From positions 1,920,001 to 1,984,000 of the forward strand of contig OZ253442.1 in NCBI GenBank assembly GCA_965261085.1: DNA of 64,000 nucleotides, written 5' to 3'. This document shows positions 30,265 through 38,637 of the stretch, one piece after another. How positions within the stretch are numbered: the first letter of the stretch is position 1; each line of letters opens with the position of its first letter. Both the position numbers and the translations under genes were made by a program. A model generated the notes under the pieces. The model saw only the letters and a program-made list of their open reading frames with translations. It made no database searches and was not told the origin of the DNA. The DNA is from a bacterium. GTDB lineage: Bacteria > UBA8248.

Positions 30265-31161
30265 TTACTCGTTGAAAACCAGAATAATCGTACCCAGAAA
30301 GATGGTAAGCGCACCTGCAAAGACGCGCCAGTTCATTTTCTCTTCTGACTGGAGAAAAACCCACGATATCGCGATAACGAACAAAGGCCTTGATTGTGAG
30401 ATGGGGAAAGCATAGACAACGGGTGCATGTGCCAGCGCGAGATATAAAAACGTGACGCCGAGGCTTGCCGACAGACCGGCCAAAAGTAGAAATTTCCAGT
30501 TGCTTGGGGTCCAGTTTTTGATTTCGCTTATTTTTCCTTTGCGGAAGAGGAAAGGCAAAAAAGCTGCTACCGCAAAAATGTTGGAATAAAAGTTCGCCTC
30601 GTTGGCGGAGGTGAAGAACCTCACCGATGGCCGCACAAGCACCGCGGCCGCTCCAAAGGCCAGTGCGCAACCGAGAGCCAATCCCATTCCGATGTACGGG
30701 TTTCTCGGGGATTCCCCCCCTTGATGATTGGCATGACTCCTGGCAATGAAAATGTATCCACCAAACACCAGGAGGGCGCCCAGTCCGATGGTTGATGTAA
30801 GCGCTTCTCCCAGCAAGGTGACGCCAAGGAAAACGGCGAATATCAGATTCGTCGCGACGATGGCGCTCGTACGTGCGGACCCGATGTGTTGCGTGGCTGC
30901 GAAGAGCATAGTACGCGCAACGCAGACTCTGAAAATCCCCGCGATGGCGATGAAAAGAAGAGGCCAGCCGAAACCCGGCCAAGGGTCAAAAAAATCTCCT
31001 CTCAAAACGGAGACAGTCCAGAGAATGGGGAGACCGATGACAGCGGTGAAGGCTGTCCCCGTGATGGGATTTATGCCACGAACCGCGAAGCGTCCGAAGA
31101 TATCCCTTAGCGCAAGCAGAATTGCTGATATGAGGGCGTATACGGCGGCTGTCTCAAACAC
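30265..31161 (-). CDS. DMT/EamA family transporter
   Basis: About 10 hydrophobic segments in two repeats; LLGEAL and EEKMNW loop motifs. Confidence 0.85.
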   Translation of the reverse strand: MFETAAVYALISAILLALRDIFGRFAVRGINPITGTAFTAVIGLPILWTVSVLRGDFFDPWPGFGWPLLFIAIAGIFRVCVARTMLFAATQHIGSARTSAIVATNLIFAVFLGVTLLGEALTSTIGLGALLVFGGYIFIARSHANHQGGESPRNPYIGMGLALGCALAFGAAAVLVRPSVRFFTSANEANFYSNIFAVAAFLPFLFRKGKISEIKNWTPSNWKFLLLAGLSASLGVTFLYLALAHAPVVYAFPISQSRPLFVIAISWVFLQSEEKMNWRVFAGALTIFLGTIILVFNE

Positions 31162-31214
31162 CCCCGCATTATAGAAAAGTGTACGTGCGCATCAAAGCGC
31201 TTTTGGTCTGTTCG

Positions 31215-32189
31215 TTAAACTCTCAGTACGGAAGCTGGGTGTTGCGCGCGTTCGAGGACGAAGTCGGCCATCAGCGGCCAGGGATCGAAGCCGATGACAT
31301 TTTGCGCATCGTCCACGAAATTGGAGAGTGCGTTGATGTCGTAATAATATATTTCCCCATCTTTATCATTGACCAAATACTCGACGCCGCCGACTTCTAT
31401 GCCGGCTTTCCGCATGATTTTCTCGACCGTATTTATTACTTGTTGCGGGGGTGTGATTTTCTCAACCAAAGCATTCCTACCGTTCACGCCACACGCAATT
31501 TCTTCGTTTCGGCGGCAATAACTGCCCGGGCAGAGATTAAAGGAGTTCGGGTCCACCAATGCCAGTTGAATCGCATAAAGAAACTCACCATTTAGAATTT
31601 CGACTCGGATAATTTGCTCTCCACGCGGCGGAATGTATTCCTGAACGAGAGCCACATTGTCGATGCCAAAATCGATGCTCGCTTCATCCGCCGCCTTTTG
31701 GAGTTCTTGGGGCGTATCATATTTTTGTATCCCGGCGCCGCTTCCGCCAATGTTCGCCTTCGTGATGATAGGGAAGCTGAATCCCTCGGCCGCCGAAGGG
31801 GCCTGCGAGGGATGGTTTATCACCCGTGACTTCGGGTGATTGACGCCCAGGTTCTTGAGTAGACGGGTTTGCCGCACTTTTGAGAATTCATGGAGATAGG
31901 CCTCATAGCCGTTGATCACGTTGGCGCCAATCGCTTGGAGATGCGCGCAATATTCGAGCGTGTAGGGAATCGCATGTGTATGCCCGCGCGCCCATGCAGA
32001 TGGGCTCATCCGGTTTACAATCAACGAATAAGGCGATTCTGTTTCCGTCGGGTCGAAGCGGTGGTTGTGGGCTTCTATTTTTTCATATTCCACACCTCGC
32101 CTGTCGAGTTCATCGAAAAGCTTATTGAACCAATCGGGGTGTTCATAATAAACAGCGATGGGATGGGCAGAACCGTTTAGGTCACTCAC
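31215..32189 (-). CDS. ATP-grasp ligase (RimK/glutathione synthase-like)
   Basis: NRMSPSA, KANIGGSGAGI, VQEYIP, GGVEY, YDINALSNF. Confidence 0.85.
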   Translation of the reverse strand: MSDLNGSAHPIAVYYEHPDWFNKLFDELDRRGVEYEKIEAHNHRFDPTETESPYSLIVNRMSPSAWARGHTHAIPYTLEYCAHLQAIGANVINGYEAYLHEFSKVRQTRLLKNLGVNHPKSRVINHPSQAPSAAEGFSFPIITKANIGGSGAGIQKYDTPQELQKAADEASIDFGIDNVALVQEYIPPRGEQIIRVEILNGEFLYAIQLALVDPNSFNLCPGSYCRRNEEIACGVNGRNALVEKITPPQQVINTVEKIMRKAGIEVGGVEYLVNDKDGEIYYYDINALSNFVDDAQNVIGFDPWPLMADFVLERAQHPASVLRV

Positions 32190-32638
32190 CGGAGCACATT
32201 CTCCTCAAATTTTAGCGTATCGAGTACTTGTTGGATTCGTTCATCGACTATCTCGATCATCTTGGGATGAAATCCGAGGTGCGGACCTAAAATGACGTCG
32301 ATATCAGGGTATTTCCTCCGGCCTTCTTTAATGAAGACGGGCAAATCCACCTTCACGTGATTGCCCCTGAAAAGAAAGTAAGGGATGACGATGATTCTCT
32401 CTGCCCCATTCTCTACACACAAGTCGATTCCTTCGGGGATGGAAGGGTGGCTGATCTCCAAAAATGCGGCCTCTAGTATGCGATGCGGCCAGGCTTTCCG
32501 AAAATGATCCACGACGAGGAAAAGCGCATCGTTGGCGTTTTGGGCGCGGCTGCCGTGACCGACGAGCAATACCGCCGTTTTCACTTGGTCCTCGGATGTC
32601 TCGTCCAAAAATTCTAATTGCTTTTCTAGGCTAGGCAT
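32186..32638 (-). CDS. sirohydrochlorin chelatase (CbiX/SirB family)
   Basis: LLVGHGSR, AFLE..PSI, PYFLFRGNHVKVDLP; exact start uncertain. Confidence 0.88.
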   Translation of the reverse strand: MPSLEKQLEFLDETSEDQVKTAVLLVGHGSRAQNANDALFLVVDHFRKAWPHRILEAAFLEISHPSIPEGIDLCVENGAERIIVIPYFLFRGNHVKVDLPVFIKEGRRKYPDIDVILGPHLGFHPKMIEIVDERIQQVLDTLKFEENVLR

Positions 32639-34431
32639 TCGCCTTCTCCTCTTTCCAATACGTATTGTTTGTCCTGACTCCAATCGATGAACAAATCAGA
32701 ATCAGGCTCATCGTTGAATTGACCAACAAGGTGAAACTCTTGCAACAGGTCTTCGAAAGACGCACTGCCCTGACGATCCAAAAACTCGTTGAAACGCTCG
32801 CCTTCGCTCCTGTATTCCTGGTAGTGAGACAACATCTTCTTCAGTGCATCGGGAACACGCTTCGCAGGAATTCGAACCTGTATACGTTTGCCGATGCGGA
32901 TTTCTCCATCAGTGCTATCGTATTGGCCACCGAGGAAAATTTCATAAGCAGGCAGCATCGCGCCGTTCGCTCTAAGCGTTCCTCCATGAAAGCCGATGTT
33001 GGCGATATGGTGCTGGCCGCACGAATTCGGGCAACCGCTCATCTTGATGTGCATCTCCCGCGTGAGCGGGTCCTGATCGACTTCTTGGAGTGTTTCGCGC
33101 ATGGCGTTCGCCAAGCCCATTGAGGAGGTAATGCCGAGCTTGCATGAATCCGTTCCCGGGCAGGAAACCACATCAGATATCTCGCGGGCGCCTTTTTCGG
33201 CGAGTCCGATGCGATGAAGCTCTTTCCATAGGGGATAAAGCTCTCCTTCGCGCACCCATCTGAGGACAAGGTTTTGCTCGAAACTCGTTCTTGCGCGGCC
33301 TCTCGCAAAACGCCGGGTGAGGTCGGCTAAGGCGAAGAACTGACCTGTAAGAATATTTCCCAATGGTAGCTTGATCTCGACGGCGAAATAGCCTTCTTGC
33401 CTCTGCGCGGTGACGTTTGTATTTCTCCAGGCGTAATAATCCGCCGCATCGCCATTCGGGTTTGCTGCCACGCAGTTCAAGGTGTTCAAGACGGGTGGAG
33501 CGTCGGCTTCTTCATCATCTTTCCAAAGATAGGGCTCGGGATTGATGGGCTCTTTCGCCCAATCCTTCTTGAGCTCCTCCTCGACACGCTCGCGCAGTCC
33601 GTCTATACCGATCCAACTCACCAAAAACTTAATGCGCGCCTTGAAGCGGGATTTGCGGAGTTCAGCAGCCTGGTCAAAAACCCGGATAAGGGCTTCGCTC
33701 ACCCTCAGGAAATCGGACACCGGAACGAATTCGTACAGCACTTCAGCGGTACGCGCGAAAGTGGCGAGGCCGCCGCCAACGAGCATCTTGAAGCCATGCA
33801 CGGGGATTCCTTCCACTTCTTTAATGAGGGGAATGAACCCAATGTCATGAATTCCGCCGACTACGCAGTCCGAAGAACAACTGGAGAACGCCACTTTGAA
33901 TTTGCGCGGTAGGTCCTGTGTGAAATCCTTACGAACGAAGTAACGGGCGAAGGCACCTGCATATGGTGTGGTATCGAAAACCTGATCCTTACAAACGCCC
34001 GCATAGGGACAACCGGTGACGTTTCTCACGCTATTTCCACATGCTTCACGCGTGGTTAGCCCCACTTCGCCCAGAAGTCTCAAAACATCAGCGGCCTCGT
34101 CGAGAGGGACGAAATGAAACTGCACGTTTTCCCGTGTCGTGACGTGGCCTTTTCCTAATGGCGCGAAATCACGGGATACGCGCCCCAGGGCTTCGAGTTG
34201 CGAAGCACTCAGGCCGCCGAAAGGTATTTTCACGCGCACCATCTGAACATCCGCCTGACGCTGCCCATATACGCCGCGTCTTAGCCGATAGGGAAGAAAC
34301 TCGCTGTTATCGATTTCACCGTTTCGGAACCTGGTGGCTTGCGTTTCAAAATCATCTAATTCTTCGGGAATCACCGGAATGACGCCCAATGTTTCCCGGG
34401 ATAGTGGTTTTCGTGATTCTTCGTGCATCAC
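32626..34431 (-). CDS. siroheme nitrite/sulfite reductase (ferredoxin-dependent type)
   Basis: GVYGQRQ, TTRENVQ, CGNSVRNV, LPRKFK, SCPGTDSC and SGCPNSCGQH ligands. Confidence 0.92.
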   Translation of the reverse strand: MMHEESRKPLSRETLGVIPVIPEELDDFETQATRFRNGEIDNSEFLPYRLRRGVYGQRQADVQMVRVKIPFGGLSASQLEALGRVSRDFAPLGKGHVTTRENVQFHFVPLDEAADVLRLLGEVGLTTREACGNSVRNVTGCPYAGVCKDQVFDTTPYAGAFARYFVRKDFTQDLPRKFKVAFSSCSSDCVVGGIHDIGFIPLIKEVEGIPVHGFKMLVGGGLATFARTAEVLYEFVPVSDFLRVSEALIRVFDQAAELRKSRFKARIKFLVSWIGIDGLRERVEEELKKDWAKEPINPEPYLWKDDEEADAPPVLNTLNCVAANPNGDAADYYAWRNTNVTAQRQEGYFAVEIKLPLGNILTGQFFALADLTRRFARGRARTSFEQNLVLRWVREGELYPLWKELHRIGLAEKGAREISDVVSCPGTDSCKLGITSSMGLANAMRETLQEVDQDPLTREMHIKMSGCPNSCGQHHIANIGFHGGTLRANGAMLPAYEIFLGGQYDSTDGEIRIGKRIQVRIPAKRVPDALKKMLSHYQEYRSEGERFNEFLDRQGSASFEDLLQEFHLVGQFNDEPDSDLFIDWSQDKQYVLERGEGECLA

Positions 34432-34498
34432 ATGCTCCTCACGTGAACAGCTAAGTAAATATCGGATGATGAATGGGAGTCAGGCCGAAGCCCGGCTT

Positions 34499-35308
34499 TT
34501 ACGAAATGGCTTTGTTTAAGAATGCTTCCGGGAGACAGCGCCAGGAGATTTCTTGACTTTCATCGGCCTCGAACCAAACCAGGTCTTCAAGGCCGGCGAC
34601 TGGGCCTACGAGAAAAACAGCAGGTGGAGATATTTCTTCGCGTTGCGCGAGACTAGATGCTTCTCCCAAAAGACAGCGGTAGGCTGACTGCCTGTTGGTG
34701 GTTCCATTTTCAATAATGGCGGTGGGCGTGTCTTTCGACATTCCGTTTTCGATCAGAGCGGCTGATATGCGTCCGATGGAGCGTGCGCCCATGAGGAAAA
34801 CGAGTGTCCCCCTATCCTTCGCCAGATGCGCATAATCCACCTGTGTTTTCGGTTTGCCGGGATCTTCATGGGCGGTCACGACGGTGAACGATGAGGCGAT
34901 GTTTCGGTGTGTGACGGGTATTCCCGCATAGGTGGGCACAGCCAAGGCGGAACTGATTCCTGGTATGATTTCAAAATGAACACCGGCTTCTGCCAGGGCT
35001 TGCGCCTCCTCGCCGCCACGCCCGAACACGAAAGGGTCCCCACCTTTCAGGCGCACCACCTGAAAACCACGATGAGCGAAATGGATGAGAGATTTGTTGA
35101 TGTCATCTTGATTCATGATATGACGGCCGCTGGATTTTCCAGCATTGATGAGTTCGCAGCTTTCCGGGCAAAGTTGTAGAATCTCAGGGTTCACGAGGCG
35201 GTCATAAATCACCACGTCCGCATTTGATAAGGCTTTCGCCGCCTTGAGTGTAAGCAAGTCCGGGTCCCCAGGACCTGCTCCCACAATATGCACCTTTCCT
35301 TGATACAT
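34499..35308 (-). CDS. cobA: uroporphyrinogen-III C-methyltransferase
   Basis: VGAGPGDPDLLT, VRLKGGDPFVFGRGGEE, GIPVTHR. Confidence 0.95.
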   Translation of the reverse strand: MYQGKVHIVGAGPGDPDLLTLKAAKALSNADVVIYDRLVNPEILQLCPESCELINAGKSSGRHIMNQDDINKSLIHFAHRGFQVVRLKGGDPFVFGRGGEEAQALAEAGVHFEIIPGISSALAVPTYAGIPVTHRNIASSFTVVTAHEDPGKPKTQVDYAHLAKDRGTLVFLMGARSIGRISAALIENGMSKDTPTAIIENGTTNRQSAYRCLLGEASSLAQREEISPPAVFLVGPVAGLEDLVWFEADESQEISWRCLPEAFLNKAIS

Positions 35309-35347
35309 GAGAGATTCCTATCTAAAGTCTAATTTTTTCTTTTTATT

Positions 35348-35366
35348 GTTAAGTAGATTACTTAAC
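35348..35366. promoter_or_regulatory. palindromic operator candidate
   Basis: Perfect 8-3-8 inverted repeat GTTAAGTA-gat-TACTTAAC in the AT-rich divergent promoter region. Confidence 0.45.
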
Positions 35367-35483
35367 TTTTTCGGAAAATATTCCGCTTTTGTACTTTTGT
35401 CAACCCAATCAAGCGTTTATTCTTAGGTTGTTTTGTCTGGGATGATGTTGTAGATGTCCATCGCTATAGAGAAGGTGCGAATA

Positions 35484-36083
35484 ATGAGTGAAAAACCCAA
35501 GTGTTTTGAAGTTGCTTTGCGTCTCATCGATGAAGCGAATTCGCAGGATCCGAATACCGAGAAATTCGAGGGCGAAGATTACCCCAAAGAGCTTTTGTAT
35601 TCGATGAGAATGACAAAATGGCTCGAAACCGTGGAGCCGCACGCTTCCGAAGCCCTGCGTCTGGCGGTTCGCAGTCAACATATACGCCGGTGGGACATTC
35701 CTCGATCGGATTATCCTCCCGGTCGGAAAGGATATCACCAATGGCGGACCCGTCTTTACGACTATCATGGGGAGAAAGCGGCCGAAATTCTCAAAAAGGT
35801 GGATTACGATGAGGAAACAATAGCCCGTGTGCGAATGCTGTTGAAAAAGCAGGGTTTGAAGACCAACACGGAAACCCAGACACTCGAGGATGTCGCCTGT
35901 TTGGTGTTTTTGGAGAGTTATTTATGGGATTTCTCCCGGCTGTATGATGAGGAGAAAATCATCGACATCTTGCGGAAAACGTGGCGGAAAATGTCCGCGC
36001 GCGGACAGGAGGCCGCCAGGGAGCTTTCCTTGAATGCAGGTGCGGGAGCGTTGTTGCACAAGGCGCTCGCGCCTGAAAATTAG
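35484..36083 (+). CDS. DUF4202 domain protein
   Basis: IDEANSQDP, PKELLY, QHIRRW..PR..YP.GR.GY..WR, QTLEDVACLVFL. Confidence 0.85.
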   Translation: MSEKPKCFEVALRLIDEANSQDPNTEKFEGEDYPKELLYSMRMTKWLETVEPHASEALRLAVRSQHIRRWDIPRSDYPPGRKGYHQWRTRLYDYHGEKAAEILKKVDYDEETIARVRMLLKKQGLKTNTETQTLEDVACLVFLESYLWDFSRLYDEEKIIDILRKTWRKMSARGQEAARELSLNAGAGALLHKALAPEN

Positions 36084-36191
36084 TGGGAAACGGCTATTTT
36101 CAAAAGCTTTAACCCCGCTTTCTCATCCGCGTTCTTGTGGTGTATGATTCGGGCGCAATGTTTCTTTATGGCTCATCTTAAGGAGAAAATC

Positions 36192-36851
36192 ATGAACGTC
36201 ACCATGTGGAACTGCTACGTCTGACCTTACGCATATAGGGCCATGGAATGGCTCGTTCGCCTTCAGGAGAAAAGAAGCGATCTGAAAGTGGATTACAAGG
36301 CCTTCGTGCTGGAGCAGGCGAATTTCGGCCCGGCGCGGGGCGAGGACTGGAAAGCCTGGGAAGACAAGACTTTCCCGAGCAGGGATCTCCCCCCGCATCA
36401 GGCGGCCAAGTGCGCGGCGCTGCAGGGCGAGACGCAGTTCGACAAGTACCACGTGGCGCTCCACCGGGCGAGGCACCGCGACGGCAAGGATATCACCAGC
36501 GAGCTGGTTCTGCGCGATATCGCCGTGGAGGTGGGCCTCGACGTCGATCGCTGGGAGGAGGACATGAAGAGCGGCGCCACCATCCCCTTCATCGCGCAAG
36601 AGCATGAGGACGCGGCGGAGCAGGGCATTTTCGGCGTTCCCACGCTCGATTTCGGCGAGGGCAAGCCCGTTTTCGTGAAACTAGAGGAAGGCGATTGGGA
36701 AAACGAGGGCGATGAGCAGGGTCTGCTCGACGCCGTAAAGGCCACCTCGGCCGAGCGGCCCTATTTGTTGGAGCTCAAGACGCCCGAATCCGCCAAGCGC
36801 AGCTCTTCCTCTTCGAAGAAGTATGAGAAATATGGGGTGAAGGCGCGATAA
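36192..36851 (+). CDS. DsbA-like thioredoxin-fold selenoprotein (CYVUPYA)
   Basis: AAGGAG then ATG 36192: MNVTMWNCYV-TGA-PYAYRAMEW in frame with the 36243 ORF; TGA 36222-36224; FGVPTL cis-Pro motif; hairpin 36238-36254. Confidence 0.85.
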
Positions 36852-36885
36852 TGCGCCATAAACGCCCTCGAGGAGCCTCCATGCC

Positions 36886-37239
36886 ATGAGCGAAGCAGAG
36901 GATAAGGCCCATCCGGTAGATCTCACGGTGGATAAGACCGCGCGCGAGTTTCGCGTCGAGTGGGCGGGCGGGGAGAAGAGCGCCTACGGCTTCGATTACC
37001 TCGCTGCCCTTTGTCCGTGCGCGAATTGCAGGGAGGAGCGCAAGGCGCGCGAGAAAAACCCCCTCACCGTCCTCTCGGGGCCGAGCGGGCCGACAGAACT
37101 TGAAAACGTGGAGATGGTGGGGCGCTACGCCCTCAATTTCATCTGGCGGGGCGGTTGCGGCGCGGGAATCTATTCGTTTGACTATCTCTACGAGATCGCT
37201 CCTGAGCGCGCGAAGAGCGCAGGCGAAGGGGAGGCGTAA
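36886..37239 (+). CDS. DUF971 (gamma-butyrobetaine hydroxylase N-terminal-like) protein
   Basis: LAALCPCANC, VGRYAL..W..G..GIYSFDYL. Confidence 0.88.
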   Translation: MSEAEDKAHPVDLTVDKTAREFRVEWAGGEKSAYGFDYLAALCPCANCREERKAREKNPLTVLSGPSGPTELENVEMVGRYALNFIWRGGCGAGIYSFDYLYEIAPERAKSAGEGEA

Positions 37240-37441
37240 ATCGTGCCGACCCGTACACCGGAAGCCAAGGATGAGAAGTATCAAACTCAACCGGAGCAAA
37301 AAGCCTGCCCCACGTGAGTGGGCGGCTGGTTCCGCGCCGTGGCGTGGGTTTTCATGTGGATGAAGAGGAAGATACTGGGGTAGCCAGCCGATAAATCACA
37401 TTATGAAAATCGCGTAGAAGCGATGAAACGTGCGCAATATC

Positions 37442-37474
37442 AAACCCCTCGCCGGAGCGGGGGGTTTTCTTTTA
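37442..37474. terminator. rho-independent terminator (likely bidirectional)
   Basis: AAACCCCTCGC-cgga-GCGGGGGGTTTTCTTTT. Confidence 0.75.
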
Positions 37475-37630
37475 TCGGTTGATGAGCAGATTCGCGCCCG
37501 AGGCGATTACCAGGACGCCCACGATTCTCTTGAGCGTGAGGGCCGAGACGTTCTTGAGCAGATACGCCCCGTAAACGCCGCCCACGATGGCGCCCAAAAC
37601 CAGAAGACCTGCCCCTATCCAGTCAAAATC
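37472..37630 (-). pseudogene. TauE/SafE sulfite exporter C-terminal fragment
   Basis: DFDWIGAGLLVLGAIVGGVYGAYLLKNVSALTLKRIVGVLVIASGANLLINR*; in-frame stop just upstream and no start codon. Confidence 0.6.
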
Positions 37631-38039
37631 GTTCTCATTTTCAAGAATACTTGTTTTTTATCAACCAGTTATGACGATTATCGAATGTTTCACTGCAACT
37701 ACGGCCATCTCCGGATCCGTCTCGTTTTCCGGCGATTTATTTGTCGGAAATTTATCGAAAAACGTCGTGAATTTATCGATATTTATCGTATTGTTTCAGC
37801 CTTTTTATCGATTTTTCTCCGCCGATTCCTGCGTAATCAATCGCGACTGAGGAAGAAGCGATTGACGCGAGTGAGGAGCGAGCGTTTGTCGACCGACCGA
37901 AGTCAATCCCGCCCGATGCCGAATCGCCGTTTCCATTTTCTCCCCTCCTCCAAGTGCCGGGAACACTTATCTGCTCGCGCGAAATTCTCGCCCATCCCGA
38001 CGAAAATCCGATGACGGCAAATGCGGGAAGATGCGCGCC

Positions 38040-38300
38040 ATCACTCCCCCCTTGAGGGTGAATTCCGACTGAAGAAGGAGGGATTCTCGCGATTGAAGAA
38101 TGAGCGATTGTTCCGACAGATGATGGAGGGACTGCCAAGCGAGGAGGGAGGAAGGAAGGTTTGCGAAGGAATGGTGAGGATGTGGCTTCGTGTGGGGTCA
38201 GACATTTATGTCTGCCACCCATGTGTCCGCCCGGTTTTGCTTCGTCATTCCGGCGCATGCCGGAATCTAGAACCGAGGAGGGAGGGATTGTGCGCGTCTC
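38040..38300. repeat. cluster of REP-like palindromes
   Basis: TCACTCCCCCCTTGAGGG half-element, TTCCGAC..GGAGGGA(T/C)T repeats, GTGGGGTCAGACATTTATGTCTGCCAC hairpin, CGTCATTCCGGCGCATGCCGGAATCT hairpin. Confidence 0.7.
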
Positions 38301-38497
38301 ATCACTCCCCCCTTGAGGGGGAGTCGGCAAGATGAGGGCATATGCCCGAAGTCGCGCCGGTGGGGGGAGATTTAGTTTGAGAGTTATTTATATCGCTCCT
38401 GATCAATCCTCCCTTATAAGTCGTGATTACCCCCCACCGCATCAGCCTTCGCCCAAAGCGCTCGGCTTCCTCGACTCCCCCTCAAGGGGGGAGTGAT
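38301..38497. repeat. MITE/REP-dimer-like element with perfect 26-bp terminal inverted repeats
   Basis: ATCACTCCCCCCTTGAGGGGGAGTCG (38301-38326) is the exact reverse complement of 38472-38497; inner CGGTGGGGGG/CCCCCCACCG pair around an AT-rich spacer. Confidence 0.85.
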
Positions 38498-38637
38498 TCC
38501 CCACTGGATGAACCCCACCAAGGAGGAATCGCGCCGGAAAATGTGCGATATTTACGTCCCATGAAAGCCACGAGGAATAGCTTGCTCCGCCATACGTCCC
38601 CAAGCGCCTCCCGGCGCGGCATCGCCTGAGGCTGGAC

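Noticed and set aside
37430-38335. ORFs 37430..38014, 37773..38330 and 38021..38335
   Set aside because: They cross a terminator, a pseudogene and repeats, and their composition is not protein-like.
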